DNA of 32,000 nt. It comes from Pyrodictium abyssi. Its GTDB lineage: Archaea > Thermoproteota > Thermoprotei_A > Sulfolobales > Pyrodictiaceae. Each line of letters opens with the position of its first letter. Position 1 is the stretch's first letter. The notes beneath the pieces are model-generated. The model did no database searches and was not told the DNA's origin. It worked only from the letters and a program-made list of their open reading frames with translations. Made by a program: the position numbers and the translations under genes. The stretch lies in assembly GCF_036323395.1 (NCBI RefSeq), contig NZ_AP028907.1:180001-212000 (forward strand), written 5' to 3'. Below, piece by piece: positions 1 through 9,426 of this stretch.

Positions 1-606
1 GTCCTCGTAAGCAGCCTTCACCTTAAGCTTGACTATTATGGGTTCTATGCCTAGCTTCTGGAGTATAGAGGCCAGTTCAGGCGATATCTCGTCGCCCGGC
101 TTAGCTACCTTCGTGTCCTTGGCTATCCATATACTGCCGCCCTGTACGCGTATTGGTACACGTAGCTTACCGAAGACGCTCATTATCGGGCCAGGCTTGA
201 AGCCGGTATCGCCCGCAGGCAGCACTATCTCTGTGGGAGCTATGTCGCCTGGCTTAGCGGGCTTGGTTGCATATATCTTCTCAAGGGCGAGAGCGAGCTC
301 AAAGGGGTTGAGGTTTGTGAATATGAACATGTTAGTACCGGTCAGGTAGGGCTCAAGGGGGGAAGGATCTACACCAGCCTTCTTGAGTGCTAGCTTGAAT
401 AGCGTGTTCTTAGCTACTCTAAGCACTACCTTGTCGCCGAACTTGCGCTCGATTTTCCTGCGTATACGCTGGAGCTGGGCTGTTGGCGTCTTAGAGAGGT
501 CCACTATTGCTACTACCCGGTAGTTCTTGGCTAGCTCTGCTAGCTCTTCTACTTCCTTGATCTTCCACTCCGGTATACGCCGCGCGCGGGCCTGTACGAC
601 ACTCAT
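1..606 (-). CDS. rplP0: 50S ribosomal protein uL10 (acidic P0), C-terminus cut by window edge
   Basis: Absent from the ORF track because it runs off the window. Hand translation of the minus strand from the ATG at 606-604 gives MSVVQARARRIPEWKIKEVEELAELAKNYRVVAIVDLSKTPTAQLQRIRRKIERKFGDKVVLRVAKNTLFKLALKKAG... and stays open to base 1. It follows L11-L1 in the conserved archaeal L11-L1-L10 order. Confidence 0.9.
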   Translation of the reverse strand, partial: MSVVQARARRIPEWKIKEVEELAELAKNYRVVAIVDLSKTPTAQLQRIRRKIERKFGDKVVLRVAKNTLFKLALKKAGVDPSPLEPYLTGTNMFIFTNLNPFELALALEKIYATKPAKPGDIAPTEIVLPAGDTGFKPGPIMSVFGKLRVPIRVQGGSIWIAKDTKVAKPGDEISPELASILQKLGIEPIIVKLKVKAAYED

Positions 607-687
607 CTTGTGATACACCTCCGACCCTGGAGCATATAACAGCCTGAGGCAATGAAAGAGACCGAGACACGTTTAGCAACACGTAGC

Positions 688-1350
688 CTAGCGCAGCATA
701 ACCTCCACTGGTGGGCCCATTGTTGTCTTGACTATTACCCTGGCTATGTTGTTCCTGGCGTTTGGCAGCTTGCCCTCAAGAGTGTTGAGCACCTTGTATA
801 TGTTCTCGACTATCTCCTCCACCTTCATATCCTCTGTGCCAACGCTGCACATCACTTGCGGCTGGTCCTTCATCCTAAGCATTACCGCAGAGCGGTACCT
901 CTTAACGAAGTCAACTATATTGGCGTTCGGCGGGACTGGTATGGGCACCTTGCCACGCGGACCTAGCGCGGGCGCTAGAGTCCTACCTACAAGGGGCATT
1001 AGGTCTGTACGTACCAGTACCCAGTCACAGAACTCTGCTATCTTCTTTGCAGCCTTACGGTTGCCTACAAGCCCTTGTAGCTCCTCCTTAGTCAGGACGC
1101 GGTCAGCTACCTCACGAGCCTTAACGGCCATGTCGCCGTCGGCTGCTACGCATATAGTCACCTTCCGGTTGGGCTGATGTGGCAGGAATACTACCTCTCT
1201 TATACGTCCCTGCGGGCTCTTAAGGTCAACATCGCGCATTACTACTATGAGGTCTACTGACTGCCTAAAGTTACGCCGCGGGCTGGCCTCTATGGCCTCT
1301 CTTACTGCCTTCTCTACCGCATCACGGGGCACAAATGACACTCTCGCCAC
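688..1350 (-). CDS. rpl1: 50S ribosomal protein uL1
   Basis: 220-aa ORF with typical uL1 sequence (RNFRQSVDLIVVMRDVDLKSPQGRIREVVFLPH...), located between L11 and P0. Confidence 0.95.
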   Translation of the reverse strand: MARVSFVPRDAVEKAVREAIEASPRRNFRQSVDLIVVMRDVDLKSPQGRIREVVFLPHQPNRKVTICVAADGDMAVKAREVADRVLTKEELQGLVGNRKAAKKIAEFCDWVLVRTDLMPLVGRTLAPALGPRGKVPIPVPPNANIVDFVKRYRSAVMLRMKDQPQVMCSVGTEDMKVEEIVENIYKVLNTLEGKLPNARNNIARVIVKTTMGPPVEVMLR

Positions 1351-1383
1351 CCCGGGCAGCCTGACTTAGCGGGGGAAGGGGGT

Positions 1384-1893
1384 CTAAGCCTTCTCCCACT
1401 CCTCTTCGTACTTCGAAAGCACTGCGTCGTAGACGCCTTCCTCCACCTCTCTCGTTACCTGCTTAGGATCCTTACCATCAACTGTTATACCTATACTCCT
1501 AGCAGAGCCTAGAATGGTCTTAACAGCCGCCTTCAGTGTCTTCGCTGTCAGACCCGGCTTCTTCATTATCGCTATCTCGACTATCTTTTCGAACGGTAGG
1601 TCCCCTATCTTCTGGTGTATCGGGTCACCAGACGGCTCCTTAGCGCCGACGGCTTTCAGCAGCAACTCTGTGGTCGTTGGTGGCTTAACCTCTATCTCGT
1701 ACTCCTTGGTGTCCTCGTCGACTATTATCTTAACCTGTACCTCGAAGCCCTTGTACCTAGCAGTAACCTTGTTAATCTCCTCGACTACCTTGTTTACGTC
1801 CAGCCCTACTTTCTTCAGTGAGTCGCTTAGAGGCGGGGCAGGAGAAGCCTCGCCCCCCTTAACCTTGACGTTGATGACTCTAATCGTGCCCAT
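1384..1893 (-). CDS. rpl11: 50S ribosomal protein uL11
   Basis: 169-aa [39 protein letters not shown] is the uL11 N-terminal signature. Conserved position after Spt5. Confidence 0.95.
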   Translation of the reverse strand: MGTIRVINVKVKGGEASPAPPLSDSLKKVGLDVNKVVEEINKVTARYKGFEVQVKIIVDEDTKEYEIEVKPPTTTELLLKAVGAKEPSGDPIHQKIGDLPFEKIVEIAIMKKPGLTAKTLKAAVKTILGSARSIGITVDGKDPKQVTREVEEGVYDAVLSKYEEEWEKA

Positions 1894-1895
1894 TG

Positions 1896-2369
1896 CTAGC
1901 TCCCTCGCTCCCTAGCGGGCCTCACCGAGTCACCTGGTACCGTGATTTGAAGGGGGTACTCAACCTCTAGCACATTTAAAACTACCTCATTCCTACCCGG
2001 CTGCACTCGTACAACTTGCGCCTTCATCCCACGGAAAGGCCCCGATATTATCTCCACAACATCGCCGGGCTTGAGCGTCTCGACTACAGCCTCTGGCCTA
2101 AGAAGTCTCTCCACGTCCTCGTAGCGCAGTATGCCTGGCACTACACCTTTAGCGTACCTTATTCCCTGTATCGCGTTAGCTGCATGAAACGCTGCAGGGG
2201 TCTCAACTATTACATATCCACGTATCTGTGACGGCACTATTACAGAGAATATTGGTATATTCTCGTCTTTAACCCGCTGCTCGATTATGAGAGCCACGTC
2301 TAGCTCTCTACCAGCAACAGTTCTTACAGCGTATAGACGTGGCTGTATAGAGGGTGAGCGTTGCTCCAT
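1896..2369 (-). CDS. spt5: Transcription elongation factor Spt5 (NusG homologue)
   Basis: NGN domain followed by a KOW motif ([23 protein letters not shown]). The track ORF starts at 2417; I prefer the internal ATG at 2369 (MEQRSP...), which avoids overlap with secE. Confidence 0.9.
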   Translation of the reverse strand: MEQRSPSIQPRLYAVRTVAGRELDVALIIEQRVKDENIPIFSVIVPSQIRGYVIVETPAAFHAANAIQGIRYAKGVVPGILRYEDVERLLRPEAVVETLKPGDVVEIISGPFRGMKAQVVRVQPGRNEVVLNVLEVEYPLQITVPGDSVRPARERGS

Positions 2370-2406
2370 ACTATCCTCCTGCTCCACACGGCAACACCTC
2401 CGCGGC

Positions 2407-2607
2407 TCAACCTGCAAGTAGTGTAGCGGCCACGAAGTGTATGACGTAGGCCACAGAGCCTACAAGGAGTATGGCGAGCCAAATCACCTTTGCCGCCTGC
2501 ATGTACTCTGTCTTGTCAGGCTTCTCTACGCGCTGGAGCACAAGCTTCCATTCGTGCAGAGTCGCTTTCACATAGTCTATGATACTCTCCTTCTCCTTTG
2601 CAGCCAT
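2407..2607 (-). CDS. secE: Preprotein translocase subunit SecE / Sec61-gamma
   Basis: 66 aa with a single C-terminal TM helix (AAKVIWLAILLVGSVAYVIHFVAATLL). Conserved secE-spt5-L11 order. Confidence 0.85.
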   Translation of the reverse strand: MAAKEKESIIDYVKATLHEWKLVLQRVEKPDKTEYMQAAKVIWLAILLVGSVAYVIHFVAATLLAG

Positions 2608-2674
2608 AACGCTACCCCACGCAGTAGCTGCTACACACGCGGCTTAGAAATGTAAGCTTTGCCGGGGCTGGAGC

Positions 2675-3616
2675 TCAGCCAGCCTCCTGCTTGAGGTCTG
2701 CTAGTATTTTCTCCGCATAGCGGCGAGGCTCGAAGGGCTCTAGGTCCTCGTAGCCCTGGCCGACGCCTATAAACAGTATAGGCTTTCCGGTCGCTGCGGC
2801 CACGCTTAGGGCTGTACCACCCTTGACATCGGCGTCAACCTTCGTGAGTATTATGAAGTCTATGCCCACAGCTTCGTCGAAGAACCTAGCCTGGTCCACG
2901 GCATCGTTACCGGTGAGTGAATCTACCACCAATGCACGGTAGTCGGGCTTGGCTACGCGGGTTATCTTACGCAGCTCCTCCATGAGGTCCTTGTCTGTAT
3001 GCAGACGGCCAGCTGTATCTATCAGCACTACACGGTAGCCGCGGGCACGCGCATACTCTATAGCATCGTAGACCACTGATGCAGGATCAGCGCCATAGCG
3101 TCCGCCTATAAATGGCACACCAAGTTTCTCAGCGTGCTTTCTGAGCTGCTCCTGTGCTCCCGCACGATAGGTGTCGGCAGCAGCTATAACCGGGGTAACA
3201 CCGTGGCTACGGAACATGTAGGCAAACTTGGCTATAGTAGTAGTCTTGCCTACACCGTTCACCCCAAAGAACACTATCCTAAGCGGATTATCCGGCGAGC
3301 GCTTAGCAGCCTCAGCAACGAGGTCTAGCTTGCGATAACCCCGGCTGAGTACCTCGGTTATAGAGTCCTCAAGAGCCTTTATCACGTGGCCTCGCAGGTT
3401 GCTAAACCTAGGTATCTTACTGCCAACGAGCTTTTCACGTAGCTTAGCAGCAATCTCCTCGGCAACTTCGAACGCCACATCACTCTCGGCAAGACTTATT
3501 ACGAGTTCCTCAAGTATTGGCTCAAGGTCTTCCTCACTTATCTCCTTCGTGGCAACGACTTCTGTTACATTGTCTACGAACTTCTTTAGCGCCTTCTTGA
3601 GCTTGCCGAATACCAT
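2675..3616 (-). CDS. ftsY: Signal recognition particle receptor FtsY
   Basis: SRP-GTPase motifs GVNGVGKTTTIAK (G1), DTAGR (G3) and TKVDAD (G4), with an acidic helical N domain. Confidence 0.95.
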   Translation of the reverse strand: MVFGKLKKALKKFVDNVTEVVATKEISEEDLEPILEELVISLAESDVAFEVAEEIAAKLREKLVGSKIPRFSNLRGHVIKALEDSITEVLSRGYRKLDLVAEAAKRSPDNPLRIVFFGVNGVGKTTTIAKFAYMFRSHGVTPVIAAADTYRAGAQEQLRKHAEKLGVPFIGGRYGADPASVVYDAIEYARARGYRVVLIDTAGRLHTDKDLMEELRKITRVAKPDYRALVVDSLTGNDAVDQARFFDEAVGIDFIILTKVDADVKGGTALSVAAATGKPILFIGVGQGYEDLEPFEPRRYAEKILADLKQEAG

Positions 3617-3807
3617 TCTACCACCCTAATGGCCCACAGCTGGCCAGTGCTAGTAAAAGCCGACGCCACATGGAGACGTGCTAGGGCCTAGAGACGCTAG
3701 CCGCCCCGGGCGAGAAAACCAGCGCGAAGGAGCCATGGGAGGCAAGCAAAACCAGTTGAGCCGAGGCGTTGGCACCGCTAGTGTGGCCAGGGGCGCGCTA
3801 GTGCCTG

Positions 3808-4257
3808 CTACTGTCTCGCCGGCTGCTGGCCCGTCTGTAGAGCTTGCTCTACCGCCGAGCGTAGAGCAGTATAGTACTGCGTAAGCTTAGCTAGCTCCCT
3901 CCTATAAGCATCTAGCAGCTTTGACATGGAGGCCCTCTCTTCACGCAGAAACGCAAGCGCCTTCTCGCGGGACACCTCAACGAATATGTCGAGGCCTGCG
4001 TGGACTACCACTCTCTCCAGCGGCTTTATCGATGCACGGACGAGAACACCGCCCCTAGAGTCTAGAGGAACTAGGGCGTCCTCAGCACCACCCTGTATAC
4101 CCATTATTGCCTCTTCCACCGCCGAGAGCTGAAGAAGCCTAGCCTCTAGCTCAGCTGCAGCTGTCTGCAACTGCTTTATCTGGTTCTCGAGAAGCATTAG
4201 CTGCTCGATAGCCTCTTCAAGAGTTATCGTCTGCTGTTTACTCAAGGCTTTATCCAC
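3808..4257 (-). CDS. pfdA: Prefoldin alpha subunit
   Basis: 149 aa with coiled-coil N and C termini around a central beta region. Conserved archaeal LX-pfdA-ftsY neighbourhood. Confidence 0.8.
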   Translation of the reverse strand: MDKALSKQQTITLEEAIEQLMLLENQIKQLQTAAAELEARLLQLSAVEEAIMGIQGGAEDALVPLDSRGGVLVRASIKPLERVVVHAGLDIFVEVSREKALAFLREERASMSKLLDAYRRELAKLTQYYTALRSAVEQALQTGQQPARQ

Positions 4258-4505
4258 CTAGTGAGATTAGCTAACGCTACTAGGCTGCGGTCAGGCACCT
4301 CCTCCGGCGGCACCTCGACCACGCGCTCAATCTTTATATGATACCTCTTTATCTTATGGTTGCTACCCAGCTCCGACAGTACCTTCTCGACCGCGTGCTC
4401 CGGCTTTAGCGCTCTCACGTACTTCCTGAACTTCCACCACTCCGGCATCTTGTGAGGGCGTATCAGCATCCTACCCTCTACGAGGAAGAACTTCACGTCG
4501 CCCAT
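4242..4505 (-). CDS. rplX: 50S ribosomal protein LX (eL20/L18Ae family)
   Basis: 87 aa; KFFLVEGRMLIRPHKMPEWWKFRKYVRALKPEHAVEKVLSELGSNHKIKRYHIKI is typical LX. Overlaps the pfdA start by 16 nt. Confidence 0.85.
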   Translation of the reverse strand: MGDVKFFLVEGRMLIRPHKMPEWWKFRKYVRALKPEHAVEKVLSELGSNHKIKRYHIKIERVVEVPPEEVPDRSLVALANLTRWIKP

Positions 4506-4535
4506 ACCGCAGCCCCCGGTTTAGGCTCCCTCGGC

Positions 4536-5213
4536 TCAGTCTCTGAGTCTTAAGGCTTGCTGAATCCTCACAAGCTCGGGGCCTGTTGTCTCATCGCCTA
4601 CAAGCGCGCCTTTATCGTTAGCCACTAGCCCTGCTTTCACAAAGTAGAGCCCAAAGTTTACAGTCGCTGTAGCGAATTCTACGCGGAATATGTTGCTCAG
4701 AAGCTTTATCTCCTCCTCGCTTATGCCCGGATGTACAACACCGCCACGGCTAGTGACAACTATCATCGAGCCTACCGTCGGTATGTCTGCAAGGTGTCGC
4801 TGATAGATGGCCTCTACACCTAGCACCTGCTTTATCTTCTCTACTGCCGACTTGTCTATAGTCGGCGATACTAGTGCACCGTAATTGTTAGCCGCTATTA
4901 GGTTCCCGAGCGCCGTCTGGCGTATCTCGAGGATCTCAAGCCGTATCTTGTCGCCTATGTATTCCCTCAGACTGTCATACTCTTCTGGCTTGACAATCCT
5001 CGGTAGAAGAAGCCCCTTATCATTCCCGGCAACCATGACGCCATTTATTATCATGTCGGCTATCTTTACAGCTACCACCTCAACGTCGAGTACATCAGCT
5101 ATTTTCTTCTTATCCTTCTCAGTTATGGTAGGAGGCACCAGCGCTATTCTGTTGTTAGCAAATATGTACACGCCTACATTGGGGTTCCCATGGACATTCA
5201 TGTACTCTATCAA
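4536..5213 (-). CDS. eif6: Translation initiation factor 6 (aIF6)
   Basis: 225 aa with the pentein-repeat aIF6 sequence ([20 protein letters not shown]..., [10 protein letters not shown]..., [12 protein letters not shown]...). Confidence 0.95.
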   Translation of the reverse strand: MIEYMNVHGNPNVGVYIFANNRIALVPPTITEKDKKKIADVLDVEVVAVKIADMIINGVMVAGNDKGLLLPRIVKPEEYDSLREYIGDKIRLEILEIRQTALGNLIAANNYGALVSPTIDKSAVEKIKQVLGVEAIYQRHLADIPTVGSMIVVTSRGGVVHPGISEEEIKLLSNIFRVEFATATVNFGLYFVKAGLVANDKGALVGDETTGPELVRIQQALRLRD

Positions 5214-5427
5214 TCAGCGTCCCCAGTATTACGGTTGCGTACCACTAGGAGAGGTAATAGAACTGTCTGCTACAAAGGGAGCGTCCAGCCAGCCGTTAAG
5301 GATCCTCGGGACAAGAACACTGTATAGCAATACCGTGGATGCTTGAACTACCGTAAAGCCAGCTCAAAGGCGCGAGAGTACGACGAGCCGAGAGTTTAGC
5401 GAGAAGCGAAAACAGTAAGGATGCTGG

Positions 5428-5727
5428 CTACTGCTTGTTGGCCGCAGCAGTCTTCTTCTGTCTTACTAGCAGCACCTTGACCTTGCCAGTTTCCTGGTCC
5501 TTGACAGCCTTTACTGTTATGCGGCGCGGTGGCTTCTCTATGCTCCTAGACCATATGTACTCGTTCACGCTGTTGTGTATTATCACGTCTGATACGTCTA
5601 CGCCGAAGTGCCTCGCTATGAACTTCCTTACTAGCTTCACTGCGCGGGCTGCACGGTTAACACGGCGCCCCCAGTAGACGCGGGCTAGGGGGATCGTATA
5701 GACAGCCTCCTTCTTCTCCTTTGGCAC
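5428..5727 (-). CDS. rpl31e: 50S ribosomal protein eL31
   Basis: 99 aa; VYTIPLARVYWGRRVNRAARAVKLVRKFIARHFG matches the eL31 family. Confidence 0.9.
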   Translation of the reverse strand: MPKEKKEAVYTIPLARVYWGRRVNRAARAVKLVRKFIARHFGVDVSDVIIHNSVNEYIWSRSIEKPPRRITVKAVKDQETGKVKVLLVRQKKTAAANKQ

Positions 5728-5771
5728 GGCTTTTACACCCCTTTAAACCCGTCACCGTAGCCGGGCAGAGT

Positions 5772-5927
5772 TTAGACCTTTAGCTTAACTCTCCTCCAGT
5801 GCCTGCGCTTGGGGTTGTCGCGGAACCTCCTGTTAGTCTTTATCACTACCCATATGGGTACTGCGCGGTTCTGCTTAAGCGCCTTAGCCAGTCTTAGCTT
5901 CTTGCCGAGCGGCTTAAAATGCGCCAT
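5772..5927 (-). CDS. rpl39e: 50S ribosomal protein eL39
   Basis: Too short for the ORF track. Hand translation from the ATG at 5927-5925 gives [51 protein letters not shown] plus a stop (51 aa), a classic eL39 next to eL31. Confidence 0.9.
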   Translation of the reverse strand: MAHFKPLGKKLRLAKALKQNRAVPIWVVIKTNRRFRDNPKRRHWRRVKLKV

Positions 5928-5962
5928 ACCCGTAGCGCACCCCCACGCCGCTGCCCTACCGC

Positions 5963-6310
5963 CTACTTTCTTTTAATCCTTATACGTGGCTCGCGCCTAG
6001 TCCTCTCGTATATAGCCTCTAGGAGCCTCTTTACTATATCCTCATCCACCGGTGGCTGCAGCTGGCCCGCCTGTACGAGCGCTATTATGTTGTCCTCAAC
6101 TATCTTAGCTAGCTCTGGCCGCACCAGCTTCACGTTAGCGAGGCGCTCTCTAGCCTTAGGCGTCAGTATAGCACGTAGGAGCGCATCTCTCCTCGCCGCT
6201 TCCTCCTGCTGGCGGCGCCGCAGCTCCTCCTCCATCTGTAGACGGCGCTGGAGCTCTGCTAGCTTCTTGCGCTTGATAGCCTCAAGTTCATCGTCGTAGA
6301 ACTCCGCCAT
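5963..6310 (-). CDS. PDCD5/TFAR19-family dsDNA-binding protein
   Basis: 115 aa. Charged helical N-terminus, then [32 protein letters not shown], characteristic of the archaeal PDCD5-like family. Confidence 0.8.
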   Translation of the reverse strand: MAEFYDDELEAIKRKKLAELQRRLQMEEELRRRQQEEAARRDALLRAILTPKARERLANVKLVRPELAKIVEDNIIALVQAGQLQPPVDEDIVKRLLEAIYERTRREPRIRIKRK

Positions 6311-6465
6311 TACGTGTCACACCCCCGGTGCAGAGAGCGCTAGAGAAGCTATACTTAGCGTTTAGGGCCGAGGAGTACTAAGCGGAGAACCGCTCGCCGC
6401 GAGGACGTGGACAAGAAACAACGCCGCGAGGAGAGTGGAAAACGCGCCTAAAACGTGCTCACGTG

Positions 6466-6927
6466 CTAGGCTAGGTACTTCTTCAGCGCCGGGTTCTTCT
6501 CAGCAAGCTCCTTCATAATCTCGTATGCCGTGTTGTCTAGCAGGCTGCGCCCCCTGGGGCTCAGTGTGCGCCCCTTGCCACGCACCTTGACTACCAGCCC
6601 TGCGCGCTCTAGCTGCTGTAGTATCTTCCTGACTATTGAGCCGGAGCCCTTAGCGAAGTGCTCCGGTGCTACGCCACGGTTCACACGGCCACCGTAGGCT
6701 GTACGTAGACGCTCTATACCCACCGGTGTGCCGCGCTTGTACAGCTTGCGTAGTATCGATGCCGCGCGGTAGTACCACCATTCGGGGTCCTCTGGCGGCC
6801 TCTCCTTGTGAACGCCAGTCTTCACGTAGTAGGCCCATGCCGGCGGCCTTATCTGCGGCATCTGCTTGAGCTTCTGTGCTACACGCTCTATGAGCAGGTC
6901 GGCTGGAACCTCTAGCGCCGTGACCAT
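6466..6927 (-). CDS. rps19e: 30S ribosomal protein eS19
   Basis: 153 aa; [36 protein letters not shown] is the eS19 signature. Confidence 0.9.
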   Translation of the reverse strand: MVTALEVPADLLIERVAQKLKQMPQIRPPAWAYYVKTGVHKERPPEDPEWWYYRAASILRKLYKRGTPVGIERLRTAYGGRVNRGVAPEHFAKGSGSIVRKILQQLERAGLVVKVRGKGRTLSPRGRSLLDNTAYEIMKELAEKNPALKKYLA

Positions 6928-7274
6928 CTTGCTCTCCTCCCCGCTACGCTCCGCTCCCTCACAGGCTGTATTTTATTCCTTCCAGCAGGCTCCTCCCGTC
7001 TACGCCGGGGCTGGGGCCTATAGAGTACGAAGGTGCGTCCTCTAACGTCGAGGAGGCGTGCACCCAGCTTCTCTGCTACCCGGCGTGCAAGCTCTCTACG
7101 GTCTAGCCCAGTCACCTTGACGGCTGTGCGGAGCGCTTTAACCTTCACTACGCCCTTCTCCTTGAGCCTACGGTCTATCTCCTTGAGCACTCCTTCGCTG
7201 AGCCCGTTCTTGCCTATTATCACGTCGGCGGGCCCCTGTTGCACTATCTCCTTCAGCCTCGCGAGGTTCCTCAT
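6912..7274 (-). CDS. CRM-domain (YhbY-like) RNA-binding protein
   Basis: [40 protein letters not shown]...RTFVLYRP matches the YhbY/CRS1 fold. Start chosen at ATG 7274 (MRNLARL); the track ORF begins at 7301. Confidence 0.8.
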   Translation of the reverse strand: MRNLARLKEIVQQGPADVIIGKNGLSEGVLKEIDRRLKEKGVVKVKALRTAVKVTGLDRRELARRVAEKLGARLLDVRGRTFVLYRPQPRRRREEPAGRNKIQPVRERSVAGRRARWSRR

Positions 7275-7617
7275 GTACTCCGTACCTCCTAACCCTGACA
7301 ATGTAGCGGTGCCTGTACCCGCATATAAGGCATGTTACCACGCGCCTCGTAACTCTACCGTCACGCACAAGGCGCACCCTAGCAGTGAGACCGGGGACCA
7401 GGGGAGCCCAGCAGTTACGACAGACGCCACGCCGAAGCAGCATGGGCTTTGCGAGCCGGAGGAGCCTCCTAATCTCGTCAGCCTCCCTCAGCAAGGCTCT
7501 GGAGTAGTCGATCTCGCCCCTCCTAGCAGCCTCCACAGCCAATGCGTATAGCCTGTATATGGACTGTATACCGATATCTCGGGCAATGTCCTTAGAGGTC
7601 CTAGCTCTCCGGGGCAC
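7168..7617 (-). CDS. rnp4: RNase P protein component 4 (Rpp21/Rnp4)
   Basis: N-terminal helices, then a zinc ribbon CRNCWAPLVPGLTARVRLVRDGRVTRRVVTCLICGYRHRY. The start is uncertain: GTG 7617 is proposed, and the track ORF extends to 7755. The 3' end overlaps the YhbY-like gene by about 107 nt. Confidence 0.75.
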   Translation of the reverse strand: MPRRARTSKDIARDIGIQSIYRLYALAVEAARRGEIDYSRALLREADEIRRLLRLAKPMLLRRGVCRNCWAPLVPGLTARVRLVRDGRVTRRVVTCLICGYRHRYIVRVRRYGVHEEPREAEGDSATGARRRDNRQERAQRRSAQGDRP

Positions 7618-8362
7618 TCTGGGCCAGACCCCGAGGGGATGCACAGCTTTGACCACTAATAGGCTGCGCACACAGCACAAGCTAAAGCTGATACTAGCCG
7701 AGGCCGCGTTAGAGACCGTGCCGCGCGAGATATGGGGCCATCCAGCAGTATACAAACACGCGAGGAGAAGAGGGAAACCACCCAGCAGTATACTGCTAGA
7801 CCGCAGCGTCCACCATCACGCAATGAAGAGGCTCCCCAACGCGGAGAAACGCGGGAGGCCAGACATAGTCCACGTAGCTCTCCTTGAGGCGCTAAGCAGC
7901 CCACTAAACAAGGAAGGCTTACTAGAGGTCTACATACACACGTTGAACGACTACGTGATATTCGTCGACCCTTCCACGAGAATACCGCGGAACTACAACC
8001 GCTTCACCGGGCTGATAGAACAGCTATTCCAGGAGGGCCAGGTGCCTCCACAGGGCAAGCCACTACTATGGATAAAACCGATGACGCTCAGGCGCCTCCT
8101 CGAAGAAATAAACGCATCATATGTAATCCTTCTAGCCGAAGATGGGGAAAACAAGCAGGTAAGAGAAATCGTAGCAGAAGCGCTAGAGAACGCACCCAAC
8201 GCAGCAATAATAGTCGGCGCCTTCCCCCATGGAGACTTCACACCGGAGACCAAGGAACTCGCTACAAGAGTCTACAGCATCTACCGCGGTAACCCGCTAG
8301 AAACGTGGACCGTAGTATCACACTTCTTGGCACTAGCAGCCGACATGCTTAACCTAATTTAG
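7559..8362 (+). CDS. nep1: rRNA small-subunit pseudouridine methyltransferase Nep1 (EMG1)
   Basis: LILAEAALETVP..., RGRPDIVHVALLEALSSPLNKEGLLEVYIHT and RIPRNYNRFTGLIEQLF are Nep1/SPOUT signatures. The N-terminus is uncertain; no canonical start lies near the conserved N-terminus. Confidence 0.85.
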   Translation: MDCIPISRAMSLEVLALRGTLGQTPRGCTALTTNRLRTQHKLKLILAEAALETVPREIWGHPAVYKHARRRGKPPSSILLDRSVHHHAMKRLPNAEKRGRPDIVHVALLEALSSPLNKEGLLEVYIHTLNDYVIFVDPSTRIPRNYNRFTGLIEQLFQEGQVPPQGKPLLWIKPMTLRRLLEEINASYVILLAEDGENKQVREIVAEALENAPNAAIIVGAFPHGDFTPETKELATRVYSIYRGNPLETWTVVSHFLALAADMLNLI

Positions 8363-8437
8363 CCTCCAGGAGACACCAGACCGCCGAAAGAGGGTATATG
8401 CCGTATCGACGCCCCTACGATATAACGGTGACACAGC

Positions 8438-8800
8438 TTGATAGCACACGCGTATAGCGGCATGCTACCACCAAGCGACACAATATCGTTTATACAAGGT
8501 GCCGCACTCCTCGCCATAGTGTCAACTCTCATACTCTCAAGCCTCGACGTCCTGCCGGGCTTACGCAGAGTACTAGTGCTATCCATAGCAGTATTTCATC
8601 TTATTTATATCAAGGTCTACGCAGCCACATACGACCTACAGCTCGCCGTGAAGCCTCTCCTTGACGTCTTTATAGACGGGGACGGCCGTGTCTCTGCCAT
8701 GTTGGATCTCACGCAGGTAGCGGTAGCCAGTATACTGATAGACTACGTGTATACAAGGTACATACACTCCAAGAACAAGGAAAGGAATATAAACCCCTAG
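8438..8800 (+). CDS. Hypothetical small membrane protein
   Basis: 120-aa ORF with 2-3 hydrophobic segments. No recognisable family. It is the last host ORF before the tRNA. Confidence 0.4.
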   Translation: MIAHAYSGMLPPSDTISFIQGAALLAIVSTLILSSLDVLPGLRRVLVLSIAVFHLIYIKVYAATYDLQLAVKPLLDVFIDGDGRVSAMLDLTQVAVASILIDYVYTRYIHSKNKERNINP

Positions 8801-8849
8801 CCTACTATGGCACCCATCAACCTGGACGGCACCGCAGCTGCGCGGTAGT

Positions 8850-8927
8850 GCCGCGGTAGTATAGCCCGGCCAAGTATGCGGGCCTCTCGAGCCCGTGACC
8901 CGGGTTCAAATCCCGGCCGCGGCACCA
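8850..8927 (+). tRNA. tRNA-Glu (anticodon CTC), with encoded CCA
   Basis: Hand-folded cloverleaf. Acceptor gccgcgg/ccgcggc, D stem gtat/gtat (2 G-U pairs), anticodon stem cgggc/gcccg with loop c-t-CTC-g-a, T arm ccggg-ttcaaat-cccgg, discriminator a, then cca. Confidence 0.95.
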
Positions 8928-8933
8928 ACCCTC
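8878..8933 (+). repeat. attL: 56-bp direct repeat (3' part of tRNA-Glu plus 6 nt)
   Basis: gcgggcctctcgagcccgtgacccgggttcaaatcccggccgcggcaccaaccctc is identical base for base to 23391-23446. The flanking bases differ on both sides. Confidence 0.9.
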
Positions 8934-8992
8934 CCCATACCCCACACCCGCATCCCCTAATCCATATACCGTGTCACGGAGGCTTACTCTCT

Positions 8993-9313
8993 ATGGGGGT
9001 TCAAGTGCCGCCGCTTCTGACGTCGGTGAAAGTAGAGGCGAAGATAACGTACCAAGTCAAGAAGGGCAGATACCGTTATGCCTATTTGCACATTCCCGCG
9101 AGCATTAAAGCGCTAGTTGAGGGGCGTTACTTCAAGGTTGAAAAGAAGGGCAATGTGGTCATCTATAGAATTAGCGAGCCAGGACCCAATACCTATAAGC
9201 CCGTTAGATATGGTAAGAAGTCTATCTATATCAGGCTTCCTCTAGAAAATGTTATGGCAAAGAAGGCGATAATTGAGCTGCTTCCGGACGGCTTTGCTGT
9301 TCACCTTGTTTAA
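8993..9313 (+). CDS. Hypothetical protein (possibly AbrB-like beta-rich DNA binder)
   Basis: The track ORF 8876-9313 begins inside the tRNA, so the internal ATG at 8993 (MGVQVPP...) is preferred, giving 106 aa. Two segments (YLHIPASIKALVEGRYFKVEKKGNVVIY and IYIRLPLENVMAKKAIIELLPDGFAVHL) loosely resemble SpoVT/AbrB strands; this is a weak call. Confidence 0.5.
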   Translation: MGVQVPPLLTSVKVEAKITYQVKKGRYRYAYLHIPASIKALVEGRYFKVEKKGNVVIYRISEPGPNTYKPVRYGKKSIYIRLPLENVMAKKAIIELLPDGFAVHLV

Positions 9314-9324
9314 CTTACTCTAAG

Positions 9325-9345
9325 TGTCAGAGCCCTAGTCTGACA
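9325..9345. repeat. Palindrome P1: TGTCAGA-N7-TCTGACA
   Basis: TGTCAGAgccctagTCTGACA with perfect 7-bp arms, between convergent genes. Confidence 0.85.
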
Positions 9346-9346
9346 A

Positions 9347-9426
9347 TATTCGCTACAACCCTGTAGGGGAAACCAGGAGTGCCCTCGTGTCCTAGGGGGT
9401 TTCTCCCTTCTCGAGGAGAGGGAAAC
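9347..9426 (+). repeat. Hairpin elements H0 (degenerate, 9347-9373) and H1 (9399-9426)
   Basis: H0 is tattcgctacaaccctgtaggggaaac. H1 is GTTTCtcccttctcgaggagaggGAAAC (28 nt, near-perfect dyad centred on CTCGAG). Confidence 0.85.

Noticed and set aside
3617-3807. A 191-nt GC-rich spacer between pfdA and ftsY, with repeated AAAACCAG words, might encode an ncRNA.
   Set aside because: I found no C/D or H/ACA boxes, no tRNA-like arms and no convincing long helices by eye. It may just hold the ftsY promoter and leader. It needs RNA-seq and covariation analysis before any call.
29-5346. Many plus-strand ORFs opposite the ribosomal-protein cluster, for example 29-349, 728-1177, 1514-1915 and 4885-5346.
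   Set aside because: They are antisense shadows of well-supported minus-strand genes, with Ser/Thr/Leu-rich low-complexity translations.
8876-8992. The N-terminal 39 codons of track ORF 8876-9313, and ORF 23354-23563, could be halves of an SSV-type split integrase crossing att.
   Set aside because: Both simply read through the tRNA/att sequence and give low-complexity Pro/Arg/Gly peptides. They cross att in different frames, and a complete integrase exists at 19327-20457.
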